A stretch of 64,000 bases of DNA from an uncultured Candidatus Saccharibacteria bacterium (GTDB lineage Bacteria > Patescibacteriota > Doudnabacteria > UBA920). Below the pieces are notes generated by a model. It ran no database searches, had not been told where the DNA came from, and worked only from the letters and a program-made list of their open reading frames with translations. The stretch lies in contig CAZACP010000005.1 of the NCBI GenBank assembly GCA_964483665.1, positions 1,910 to 65,909 on the forward strand. Reading direction: 5' to 3'. This document shows positions 28,417 through 37,567 of the stretch, in pieces (the stretch's first letter is position 1; every line of letters begins with the position of its first letter). Both the position numbers and the translations under genes were made by a program.

Positions 28417-28857
28417 GTGGATACGTTGAATACGTTTGGTTGGCTTCCGCTCTGTGTCGTGGTGTGTGGACTGGTGGCAGGCTGGTTATTTTTTCAGAAC
28501 ACAATCAAGAAAGACGATCCAGGTAAGGATGTAATAAGGACTTTGGCTGGCGCCCTGCTGTGCTTTGCGCCTTTTGTTTGGCGTCAGATGTCTGGCGGCA
28601 CTAGTATGGAGTATTCGCTCCTGCTGCTCTGTTTTACCGGGGGATTTTCCTTTTTGATCTTCCAAGGCCTGCTTACACAAAGTAAGCACGTGGGTAAAGA
28701 CAGAGATCATGGGCTGATGCCTGTGTCCGTGCTAAGTCTTGTCATGTGCTCATTTCTGGTGCTTGGCTATGGTTTTTTGAGCTGGTACGACCAGCATCAG
28801 ATCGCGCGCGCGTCTTCAGTGGGCAAATCCGCACCACCAACACCATTCAAGAAGTGA
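28417..28857 (+). CDS. Hypothetical 4-TM membrane protein
   Basis: AGGAGG RBS, GTG start, four hydrophobic segments. Confidence 0.6.
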   Translation: MDTLNTFGWLPLCVVVCGLVAGWLFFQNTIKKDDPGKDVIRTLAGALLCFAPFVWRQMSGGTSMEYSLLLLCFTGGFSFLIFQGLLTQSKHVGKDRDHGLMPVSVLSLVMCSFLVLGYGFLSWYDQHQIARASSVGKSAPPTPFKK

Positions 28858-29100
28858 GTCAACTATAGCAGAGACCCCCCAGGGTTCATTATGAATTTTG
28901 GGGGGTCGTGTGTTTTTTGTTAATTAAACGTTAAACAGAAAATGCACTACATCACCATCTTCTCGTCAGACTTGCTTCCGCCCGTTCGTTTTGGCTTTTA
29001 GCCAAAAATCACAGGCTTCAGAAGTCTTCCTCTTCCCAAAAATCCGTGCTCGTCACGCCAAGTATTGGCGGAGGACTCGGGCTCCTAATTTTCGGGAGCC

Positions 29101-30261
29101 CTAAGTATTGAAGCGAAAGTGTACCACATCGCCATCTTGTATTATATATTCTTTACCTTCAACTCTTAACCATCCTTTATCTCTTGCACCCGCGTACCCT
29201 TTCGCTTCAAGGAGCTTGTCCCATTGTATAACTTCTGCGCGTATGAAGCCTTTTTCAAAGTCAGTGTGGATTTTGCCCGCCGCTTGAGGCGCCTTTGAGC
29301 CGGCAGTACATGTCCAGGCTTTGCTTTCTTTTGGCCCGGCGGTTATGAACGTTATAAGGCCTAAAGTTTTGTAGGCCTGTTTAATTATTTTGTCTAACCC
29401 TGACTCGGGTAGTCCGAGTTCTTTTAAATATTGCTGTCTATCGGCGTCATCGAGTTCGGCGAGTTCAGATTCTAATTGAGCGTCGATGATAATCATACCG
29501 GCGTCATCCTGAACGCCGAGGCTTTGCGAGGCGTGAAGGATCCCTTCCTTGCTTTTAAGAGATTCTTCGGCCTCGGATGCACTCGGCCTCAGAATGACGT
29601 CATTGGAGGCGTAGTTTTTTTTATCTAAATCAAACTTTTCATTCGCCACAAACATTATAGGTTTGGTAGTAAGCAGCTGAATGTCTTTACTGTGTTCTTT
29701 TTCTTCATCGGTCAGGGTAACTGTATTGGCCATTTCGCCTTTTTCAAGCGCGGCTTTATATTTTTCCAAAATTCCTTTTTTAATTACAGCTTCGCGCTCG
29801 CCGCTCTTTACCTGGCGGGCGAGTGTGCTAAGTCTGTTTTCTATGTTTTGCAAGTCTGCCAATTGCAGTTCTATGCCAATAGTTTCCATATCGCGCTTTG
29901 GGTCAACCGAGCCGTTTACGTGAATAATGTCTTTACTTTCAAAAAAGCGTACTACTTCCATTATGGCGTCTACTTCACGAATATGAGAAAGAAATTTGTT
30001 GCCCAAGCCTTCGCCCGTGCTTGCGCCTTTAACCAAGCCTGCTATGTCTACGAATTCTATGGTGGTTGGCACAACTTTTTCTGATTTTTCCAATTCAGCT
30101 AGCTTGGCTAGCCTTTTGTCGGGCACGGCAACCACGCCTACGTTTGGGTCTATGGTGGCAAACGGGTAGTTAGCGGCTTCGACTTTACTTTTGGTAATGG
30201 CGTTAAAGAGGGTGCTTTTGCCTACGTTTGGCAAGCCCACAATGCCGATTTTAAAACTCAT
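29101..30261 (-). CDS. ychF: Redox-regulated ATPase YchF, with in-frame palindromic insertion
   Basis: GLPNVGKS, NYPFAT, DIAGLV, GKIHTDF, C-terminal FRFN. Confidence 0.97.
   Translation of the reverse strand: MSFKIGIVGLPNVGKSTLFNAITKSKVEAANYPFATIDPNVGVVAVPDKRLAKLAELEKSEKVVPTTIEFVDIAGLVKGASTGEGLGNKFLSHIREVDAIMEVVRFFESKDIIHVNGSVDPKRDMETIGIELQLADLQNIENRLSTLARQVKSGEREAVIKKGILEKYKAALEKGEMANTVTLTDEEKEHSKDIQLLTTKPIMFVANEKFDLDKKNYASNDVILRPSASEAEESLKSKEGILHASQSLGVQDDAGMIIIDAQLESELAELDDADRQQYLKELGLPESGLDKIIKQAYKTLGLITFITAGPKESKAWTCTAGSKAPQAAGKIHTDFEKGFIRAEVIQWDKLLEAKGYAGARDKGWLRVEGKEYIIQDGDVVHFRFNT
29502..29599. mobile_element. REP/RPE-like palindromic element inserted in frame in ychF
   Basis: Termini CGTCATCCTGA / TCAGAATGACG with two internal hairpins. 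Confidence 0.8.
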
Positions 30262-30579
30262 AAACTTTACGGGTTACAAATAAATACGGATATACAGATA
30301 ACTACACGTTCTGTAGGCATCTGTAGTGTTTCCACCGTAGAGTATTGTAGAGGAATTTTGGGTTTTAGGAAAGAGTGATTTGACTAAAAATATTACGGGT
30401 GTATGCTTAAAGCAAAGAAAGCTACGGGGCTAAAAACCCCCTGCGCAAACTTTGGACCAAGGCCATCCTCTCACCGGAAGAAACGGTATCCTTAAAGCAC
30501 TGAGCGCCAAGAGGAGTATAGAGGTGGAACAGCTGGTCTTAAGTGGGCATCTTTAAAACCTGTTAGGAGGGTTAAGAAG

Positions 30580-31353
30580 ATGTTCGAAAATGAGGTTCGT
30601 TTTAAAACCGGCAGCCGGTGGAGTTTTCCAATGGCTGTGGTAGTGGTAATGGCTGTTTTGGCGTTGTTGGTTTTGGCCAGCAGCGTCAAGGGCGGGGTTA
30701 AAACCGTAAGGCAGAAAGAAAAAATTTACTTGCCCATTGAGCTGAAGCAGTTGCCGGCAAAACAGCCGGCTACTGTGGAGCAAAATAGGGCAGGGATTTC
30801 TAAAGCTTCCGAGCAGCCTTGGGTGGTTGTTAGTAAGCCGACTAAGGTGTTTCGGGCTCCGTCAAGAATTCCCGCGCAGGTGGCGGAAATAAATGACAGA
30901 GATCTCGGGGCGCCGGAAGTGGCTTATGGACATACCGATAATCCAGGTAGTGGTAAGCCCGGGGACAGAGGTTGCCCTGCAGAAGTTTGCGGAAATGTTG
31001 TCAACGTTTCGCCGCCGCCTGTTACCGAAGCAAAGCCAGAGCCAAAAGCTGAACCTTCCGAGCCCGTAAGGGTAAGAAGGGGAGGTGAGGTAATGGCTGC
31101 GCAATTGGTTCGTCAGCCAAAGCCAGTTTACCCGCAGCTAGCCAAAGCGAGTCGGGTTTCGGGATTAGTGCGTCTTACGGCAGTCATTCGCCGTGATGGC
31201 ACTATTTCGGAACTAAGGCTTGTGTCAGGTCATGCGTTGCTGGTGCCCGCTGCCATAGATGCTGTAAAGCAGTGGGTTTACCGCCCAACGCTCCTTAACG
31301 GGGAAGCGGTTGAGGTGGTTACGCAAATAGACGTGCATTTTACGCTTTTGTAG
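30580..31353 (+). CDS. TonB family protein (TM, Pro-rich linker, TonB C-terminal domain)
   Basis: P.YP..A...V.G.V.L.AVI..DG...AA.DAVKQW.Y.P. Confidence 0.85.
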   Translation: MFENEVRFKTGSRWSFPMAVVVVMAVLALLVLASSVKGGVKTVRQKEKIYLPIELKQLPAKQPATVEQNRAGISKASEQPWVVVSKPTKVFRAPSRIPAQVAEINDRDLGAPEVAYGHTDNPGSGKPGDRGCPAEVCGNVVNVSPPPVTEAKPEPKAEPSEPVRVRRGGEVMAAQLVRQPKPVYPQLAKASRVSGLVRLTAVIRRDGTISELRLVSGHALLVPAAIDAVKQWVYRPTLLNGEAVEVVTQIDVHFTLL

Positions 31354-31519
31354 TTTGGGTGAATGCGAGGCGTAAATAAGCGTCTGCCAGGATGCTATAG
31401 AGGGGCGGTTCTGAGTGAAGAACTCAGGGCCGCCCAAAATTTAAGCCGTATAGGGCTTTTTATTTCAAACAAGGTTACTTAAAATATTTAAGTTTTTTGG
31501 CGCCTAGACAAAATCTAGC

Positions 31520-31900
31520 TTGTTTTTTTATGCTAAAATAATAAATATGAATAAATTTGAACAAAATCAAAATGGATTTTTAGGGGAAAAACCTATAAAT
31601 AACAACATTTCTTTAGCCAGAATTGAAAATGTGCCGTTTGAAACACTGGAGAGGCTGCATTCAACATTGCGTAAAGCAGGTTTGCTTATAAACAAAGAGC
31701 ATAACCCTAAGACCCCAATTGGGTTTTTATCCCAAAGACTGAATGCTTTAGGTATAACAACTGAGTTAGAAGAAGGAAATGCATTAAAAATTATATTTCC
31801 TACAAAAAATAATAAACTTAGTTCAAGCGTTAAAGGAACATCGGAACAAATTTACAAAGCGTATCTTCATTACGAAAATATTATGAAGAAAAGAAAATAA
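31520..31900 (+). CDS. Hypothetical protein
   Basis: ORF coupled to the HAD gene; likely start MNKFEQ. Confidence 0.5.
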   Translation: MFFYAKIINMNKFEQNQNGFLGEKPINNNISLARIENVPFETLERLHSTLRKAGLLINKEHNPKTPIGFLSQRLNALGITTELEEGNALKIIFPTKNNKLSSSVKGTSEQIYKAYLHYENIMKKRK

Positions 31901-31903
31901 TTT

Positions 31904-32677
31904 ATGAATTTATATTCAAAAAAACTTATAGTCTTTGATTTAGACGGTACACTTGCGCCGACTAAGGCACAAATGGACGCAGAAATGGCAGAGTTAGTTA
32001 AGCGTTTATTGGAGGTAAAAAAAGTCGCCATAATCGGCGGCGGGAAATTGCAATTATTTAAACACCAATTTTTAAGCCAGTTAAAAATCCCAAAAAATTT
32101 ATACCATAATCTTTTTTTGTTTCCGACTACGGCCACAACCTTTTTAAAATATCAGAAAGGCTGGAAAAAAGTCTACGCGCATAATTTAACCAAGGCGGAA
32201 GTAAAAAAAATCCGCGAAGCTTTTAAAAAAGTATATAAAGAAATAAATTATAAAAATCCGGAAAAAACTTACGGCAAGGTCATAGAAAACCGCGGCAGCC
32301 AGGTGACCTGGTCGGCTTTAGGGCAGGACGTGGTTAAGGCATTGGGTAAAAAGGGGATAGAGCTAAAAAATCAGTGGCGCGACAAAAATACGTCGCTTAA
32401 ATTAAAAATTGCCCAACATTTAAAAAAATACGTGGGTAATTTGGAAGTCCATGCGGCAGGGCATACATCTATAGACGTAACCAAAAAAGGCATAGACAAG
32501 GGTTATGGCCTTCACCAAATAGAAAAATATTTAGGCGTGAAAATTCAAGATATGCTGTTTGTTGGGGACGCTATATTTCCGGGAGGCAATGACTACGCGG
32601 TAGTAAAGACCGGGGTAGATTATAAAAAAGTTAAAGACCCGGAAGAAACCAAAAAAATTATAAAAAGCTTAATATAA
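31904..32677 (+). CDS. HAD-IIB family hydrolase (phosphomannomutase-like)
   Basis: FDLDGTL, DKG, FVGD...GGND motifs. Confidence 0.9.
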   Translation: MNLYSKKLIVFDLDGTLAPTKAQMDAEMAELVKRLLEVKKVAIIGGGKLQLFKHQFLSQLKIPKNLYHNLFLFPTTATTFLKYQKGWKKVYAHNLTKAEVKKIREAFKKVYKEINYKNPEKTYGKVIENRGSQVTWSALGQDVVKALGKKGIELKNQWRDKNTSLKLKIAQHLKKYVGNLEVHAAGHTSIDVTKKGIDKGYGLHQIEKYLGVKIQDMLFVGDAIFPGGNDYAVVKTGVDYKKVKDPEETKKIIKSLI

Positions 32678-32714
32678 AAAAAGAGAGATGGCAGTCGTGG
32701 GGTACGACTGCCGC

Positions 32715-33065
32715 CTAAATGCGTGCTTGCCGGCAAGCTGCCGAGGGGTACACCAGCAGAGGCGTTGGGTCGCTCATAGCCTCTTGTAAATGCCAGGTGT
32801 TGTGTAAGCGTACCGCTTGAGCGTCCAATACCCACCAGTTGATGCGTGTTTGGTGCAGGTTTTGAATCGTAAAGTACACCTTTGCGAAAACTCTGCTATC
32901 CTTGACTGTAACGCGAGCTCTGGAGAGAAGGCGAAATACCGTCCACGGTTTTTTCATCTTCACAACGTCTTCAATGGAGGTAGCCAGTAGATTTGCGTCT
33001 TCTGGGGAACAGGTTACTATCTCCAAAATCCAAACTTCCTTCCAGGGTATTACTTTAGTTAGCAT
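32715..33065 (-). CDS. Hypothetical protein
   Basis: 116 aa ORF coupled to 33055-33369, hairpin after the stop. Confidence 0.4.
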   Translation of the reverse strand: MLTKVIPWKEVWILEIVTCSPEDANLLATSIEDVVKMKKPWTVFRLLSRARVTVKDSRVFAKVYFTIQNLHQTRINWWVLDAQAVRLHNTWHLQEAMSDPTPLLVYPSAACRQARI

Positions 33066-33369
33066 TGCGATCCCCTTGCTTATTTCGGTACTTTTGTTTC
33101 TTTTTGAGCAAGTTGGTCACCCATGCGGGATTTTGGTTTTCCACCAGTTCGCAACTTTTGACTCCCGAGTTTTTTCCGCTACCTTCGGGCATTCTAAGCT
33201 GTCCGTCCATCACTGCGATCAAAAGCGTGTTGCCTTCAAGAATGCTTCTGGCTGTTGGGTGTGGGGTTAGGCCAAAATTTGTTGGCCAGTTGAGGTTGTT
33301 TCTGTACGCGCCGGCTTGGGCGCGGTTGTGGAATGTAACCACCAAAACATGTGTCGCGCAAACCGACAT
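33055..33369 (-). CDS. Hypothetical protein
   Basis: AGGAGG RBS upstream of ATG. Confidence 0.45.
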   Translation of the reverse strand: MSVCATHVLVVTFHNRAQAGAYRNNLNWPTNFGLTPHPTARSILEGNTLLIAVMDGQLRMPEGSGKNSGVKSCELVENQNPAWVTNLLKKKQKYRNKQGDRNAN

Positions 33370-33424
33370 TTAAGCCTCCTTTCTCTTGTAAACAAAAACC
33401 CCCGCATAAAGCAGGGGCAAATGT

Positions 33425-34402
33425 TTATAAAAGACCAATTTTTTGTTTAACTTCAAGCAGGGTAGCAGAGGCGACTTCGCGGGCGCTGCGCGCGCCATCG
33501 CCTAGGACTTGGGCTAAGTAGTCTGTACGCGATAGTAATTCAGCTTTCTTTTCCCTAAATTCCGCAAAGTAGTTAGTTATATCTTCCGCAAGTTTGGTTT
33601 TTAGCTCGCTGTATTGCAGGTTGCCAAATTCCTGTTTTTCTTTAAAGTATTTTATTTCCGGCGCCTTGCCAAAATGCTCTAGTAAGTACATAAGGTTTTC
33701 CGCGCCTGGGTTTTTGCCGTCTGGGGAAGAACCGGTTACGGCTTTTTTTAGTTTACGCGCTATTTCTTCGGGTGAATCATCTAACAGCAATGCTTCATCT
33801 CCGGTCTTGCTCATTTTTTTGTTTGGATCTGAAAGGGACATTATTCTTAACGGTTTCCTAAGGTAAGTTTTCGGTTCCGGAAAAGTTTGGCCGAATTTGT
33901 TGTTAAATTTTCTGGCTACAACTCTGGCTAGTTCTACATGCTGTATTTGGTCCTCGCCTACGGGAATACTGCTTGGTTTATAAAGCAATATATCGGCCGC
34001 CATTAAAGCAGGGTAGGTTAGAAGCCCGGCATTTATATTTTGTTTATGCTGTTTAGCCTTGTCTTTGTACTGAGTCATTCTTTCAAGTTCCGAAAGGGGG
34101 GTAATGCAATTAAAAATCCAGGCTAAGTAAGCATGCTCCATAACCTGGTTTTGAGCAAAAAATACGGTTTTGTTTGGGTCTATGCCGAGAGCCAAATAAC
34201 TTGCCGCAACCTCTAAGGTATTTTGAGTTAATTCTTTTGGCTCGAAAGGAGTAGTTAAAGCGTGAAGGTCTGCAATAAAATAAAAGCGTTGTAAATTTTC
34301 TGTTTCTTGAGTTTTAAGCAAGTCTTTGACCAAGCCTAAATAATTGCCAATATGTAATTTTCCGCTGGCTCTGCAGCCGGCTACGTAGGTTTCTTTATGC
34401 AT
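33425..34402 (-). CDS. trpS: Tryptophan--tRNA ligase
   Basis: HIGN and KMSK motifs, YPALMAADILLY, VGEDQ; start ATG 34402. Confidence 0.97.
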   Translation of the reverse strand: MHKETYVAGCRASGKLHIGNYLGLVKDLLKTQETENLQRFYFIADLHALTTPFEPKELTQNTLEVAASYLALGIDPNKTVFFAQNQVMEHAYLAWIFNCITPLSELERMTQYKDKAKQHKQNINAGLLTYPALMAADILLYKPSSIPVGEDQIQHVELARVVARKFNNKFGQTFPEPKTYLRKPLRIMSLSDPNKKMSKTGDEALLLDDSPEEIARKLKKAVTGSSPDGKNPGAENLMYLLEHFGKAPEIKYFKEKQEFGNLQYSELKTKLAEDITNYFAEFREKKAELLSRTDYLAQVLGDGARSAREVASATLLEVKQKIGLL

Positions 34403-34436
34403 AAAATTATTATAGCAAGAATCAAAATACTTGCAA

Positions 34437-35024
34437 AACGCACGGCCGTGCGTTATTATAGTAGGGTAATGTATGCCTAAAAAGATAAATACATTTGTCA
34501 ATAATTTTTTATTTTTTTTGGAAGAAGCTTCTAAACTTTTACCCTTGCCTTTTGAAACTCCATATGAATGGACAAAAAAGCAAAGAGGTTTTAGCAATAA
34601 GGGTTACGCGTCTATGTTGTCTAACCTGGGCAAACAAGGGACAATAAAAGTTTTTTCAAAAAATGGCGAGAAATTTTTACAGCTTACTAATAAAGGACAG
34701 TTAGAAGTTTTACTGGCAAAAGCAGCTTTAATTGAGCAAAATAAGTGGGATGGTAAGTGGAGATTGTTTATGTTCGACATTCCTGAAGACCAGCGCGATA
34801 AGCGTGACAAGCTCAGGCGTCTTTTAAAACGAAATAATTTTATTAAGCTTCAGGCTAGTGTGTTTATTAGCCCTTATGCTTTAAACAAACAAGCAATAGA
34901 GTACTTAAAGGAAACAGGACTAGATGAATATATAAGAATATTAAGGGTAGATGCAATTGATAAAGACGAAGATTTAAAAAAGAAATTCAAACTCTAAAAA
35001 CGCACGGCCGTGCGTTTTTAGAGT
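34437..35024. repeat. Palindrome AACGCACGGCCGTGCGTT on both sides of the PaaX-like gene
   Basis: 18-bp copy at 34437-34454; 34-bp perfect palindrome at 34991-35024. Confidence 0.9.
34473..34997 (+). CDS. PaaX-like regulator (wHTH + Cas2-like central domain)
   Basis: LT.KG wHTH then WDGKWRL.MFDIPE..R..RD.LR..L....F..LQ.SV.ISPY. Confidence 0.8.
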   Translation: MPKKINTFVNNFLFFLEEASKLLPLPFETPYEWTKKQRGFSNKGYASMLSNLGKQGTIKVFSKNGEKFLQLTNKGQLEVLLAKAALIEQNKWDGKWRLFMFDIPEDQRDKRDKLRRLLKRNNFIKLQASVFISPYALNKQAIEYLKETGLDEYIRILRVDAIDKDEDLKKKFKL

Positions 35025-35061
35025 AAGGTGATATTCTACAAATTTGTAATATTTTTAAACT

Positions 35062-35088
35062 AAAACACCCCAAATTTTGGGGTGTTTT
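35062..35088. terminator. Bidirectional terminator-like hairpin
   Basis: AAAACACCCCAAA-T-TTTGGGGTGTTTT between convergent genes. Confidence 0.7.
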
Positions 35089-35093
35089 GCTGT

Positions 35094-36932
35094 CTATATT
35101 TCAATAATGACCGGCAAGACCATTGGGCGTCTTTCCGTTTTTTGGTAAAGGTATTCGCCGACTTCGTCGCGAATTACATTTCTAAGGTAAGCGTAATTAG
35201 GTTCTAATTTTTCTTTACCCTTAGTTTCCACCAACTTTCTTACTTCGTGTTTAACTTCCCTTATTAAGTCGTCATTTCCTTTCATGTAAATAAAGCCGCG
35301 GGAAATTATGTCGGGTTGGTTAACCAGCTTGCCGTCTCTTCGGTTTAAGGTAATTATAATCACAAACATACCGTCCTGCGCCATAACCTGGCGGTCTCTT
35401 ATAACCACTTCACCCACGTCGCCAACTCCCAGACCATCTATGAACACATAGCCGGAAGCTATTTTTTCGTCGGTAGTGGCTTTGGCTACGCGGTCACTGC
35501 CTACTTCCAGAATTTGGCCGTTGTCTAAAGTAAATATATTGTCGGCCGGAATGCCCATAGTTTTTGCCAATTCCGCGTGTGCCACTATCATATGGTGTTC
35601 GCCGTGGATGGGCATAAAGTATTTGGGCTTGGTCAAAGCTATCATTAGCTTTAACTCTTCCTGGTGCGCGTGGCCGGAAGTATGGATGTCTAAAGTTTTG
35701 TTGTAAATAACATGGCTGCCTAAGCGGGTCAGGTTAGAAAGCATTGCGGAAATAGCCCGTTCATTGCCCGGAATAGGGGAGGCGGAGACAATAGTGGTGT
35801 CGCCCTTTTTAATTTTCACGGTTTTGTGGTCGCCGCGCGCAATTCTGGCAAGTCCGGCCGCTTCTTCGCCTTGGGCGCCGGTAGTTAAAATAACTATTTG
35901 GTTGTCCGGGAATTTTTTAGACTGCTCGGACTTAATAATTATTTTTGGCTGGATTTTTAAGTAACCCAAAGACAAAGCAATTTCAATGTTATTGACCAAG
36001 CTTCTGCCGGTGACTATGACTTTTCTGTTGTATTTTGCGGCAGCGTCAAACACTTGCTGAATACGGGCGATGTTAGTAGAAAAGTTGGCAAAAATAATTC
36101 TACCTTTTATATCCGCAAAAGTTCGGTCTATAGTAATGCCAATCTCCCTTTCGCTAATACAGTAACCGGGCTTAACCGCGTTGGTGGAGTCGGACATTAA
36201 AAGCAATACGCCTTCTGCGCCGAATTTGGCAATTTTGTCGAATTCTGTCGGTTTGCCGTCGGCCGGAGTGTGGTCGAATTTCCAGTCAGTGGCATAAATA
36301 ATTTGCCCGACCGGAGTGGTAATGCATAAACCCATACCGTCCGGAATGCTGTGGTTAGTGCGGAAAAAGCGAATTTTAAAATTACCCAAAGGCAAAACAT
36401 CGTCTTTGGTTAAGACATTTATTTTGCTGCGGCCTAAAAGGCCAAATTCTTCCAAACGTTTTTTTATAAAGCCCGCAGTCAGCGCCATGGTATACACCGG
36501 AGGGTCGCCAAGCTTGGGTAGTATGTAAGGCACCGCGCCAATGTGGTCTAAGTGGCCGTGAGTAATAACTACGCCCCTTATGCGGCGCTTATTTTCTTCC
36601 AGCCACTTGGTGTCGGGAATAATATAGTCTATGCCCGGCATGGTGTCGTCCGGAAAAGCAAGACCCATATCTATGACTATAATGTCATCGCCAAATTCTA
36701 TGGCTGTCATATTTTCACCGACTTCTTCAACGCCACCCATTGGGATAATGCGTAAATTTTGTCTAGAAGCGGTGTATTTGCTGGTTTGGCCAAGGCCGGA
36801 AACCAAGCTGGTGGCCTTGTTAATAAGCATATCTAAACGGTCTGGTTTTTCACCTGTCTTGTTTGCAGGGGAAGAGGACGGAGTCGGCCGATTATGTTGG
36901 CCAAACCGCCTTGGATGTGTTTTTTTTATCAT
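35094..36932 (-). CDS. rnj: Ribonuclease J
   Basis: THGHLDHIG, DSTNA, GAQGE, HTSGH, PIHGE motifs. Confidence 0.95.
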   Translation of the reverse strand: MIKKTHPRRFGQHNRPTPSSSPANKTGEKPDRLDMLINKATSLVSGLGQTSKYTASRQNLRIIPMGGVEEVGENMTAIEFGDDIIVIDMGLAFPDDTMPGIDYIIPDTKWLEENKRRIRGVVITHGHLDHIGAVPYILPKLGDPPVYTMALTAGFIKKRLEEFGLLGRSKINVLTKDDVLPLGNFKIRFFRTNHSIPDGMGLCITTPVGQIIYATDWKFDHTPADGKPTEFDKIAKFGAEGVLLLMSDSTNAVKPGYCISEREIGITIDRTFADIKGRIIFANFSTNIARIQQVFDAAAKYNRKVIVTGRSLVNNIEIALSLGYLKIQPKIIIKSEQSKKFPDNQIVILTTGAQGEEAAGLARIARGDHKTVKIKKGDTTIVSASPIPGNERAISAMLSNLTRLGSHVIYNKTLDIHTSGHAHQEELKLMIALTKPKYFMPIHGEHHMIVAHAELAKTMGIPADNIFTLDNGQILEVGSDRVAKATTDEKIASGYVFIDGLGVGDVGEVVIRDRQVMAQDGMFVIIITLNRRDGKLVNQPDIISRGFIYMKGNDDLIREVKHEVRKLVETKGKEKLEPNYAYLRNVIRDEVGEYLYQKTERRPMVLPVIIEI

Positions 36933-37241
36933 AATAATAAAACAATAAAAATTTTCAGATCTATTGCGCTTAGATCTTAAATATTAAATCATCGGCAAGA
37001 AAAAACTTGTTGATGAATCTGAACTTAGTGGCTTATGCAGCCGGGCCAAACTCAGACTTGCTCGCAATTAGCAAACAATAGACCGCAGATACGCAGATCT
37101 AAACAGATCATGCAGATAAATACAAACTATGGTTTGGTAACTGACTTTGGTTTCAAATAAACTAACTAATTTAATACATTATAGCACAGCGGGTGTTGCT
37201 TGTCAACAAGTTTTTTATACAAAAGTCCTTAGGTAAATTAC

Positions 37242-37502
37242 TGGTGCCGCTGAAGAGACCCCGGTACCAGTCACTACGACCCCTAAAGGGGGCGGTTCCG
37301 GTACGGGGCAGGTTTGAACTTAGAATGGTGCTCGAGGTGGGACTTGAACCCACACGGGATTGCTCCCACACGTACCTGAAACGTGCGCGTATGCCAGTTC
37401 CGCCACTCGAGCGCAATTAATGTTTTGTTTGTGTCTGCCAGCTTGCCCCGTAGCGTACCGAGTGCATCCGAGGGACTGCTACTGGGGTTTCGCCACCGCG
37501 GC
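37242..37502 (-). pseudogene. Interrupted outer tRNA-Leu-like remnant: 5' part 37431-37502 and 3' part 37242-37321, each with a hairpin insert
   Basis: Removing inserts 37442-37487 and 37259-37312 gives GCCGCGGTGGCGAAACTGGCAGACAC and AGTTCAAATCTCTTCAGCGGCACCA. Confidence 0.7.
37326..37412 (-). tRNA. tRNA-Leu(CAG)
   Basis: GCTCGAG/CTCGAGC acceptor, CACGT-TTCAGGT-ACGTG anticodon arm, long variable arm, CCA. Confidence 0.95.
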
Positions 37503-37567
37503 ATGAAGATAGTATAAAGTATTTATTATAAGGTATAAAGGTTTAACTATCTACACATCTGTGGATT

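Noticed and set aside
34473-34997. CRISPR-associated Cas2
   Set aside because: Has an N-terminal wHTH and WDGKW motif of PaaX-like regulators; no cas1 or array nearby.
37171-37504. ORFs overlapping tRNA-Leu (and 49233-49484 over tRNA-Ile)
   Set aside because: Spurious frames across GC-rich tRNA and hairpin sequence.
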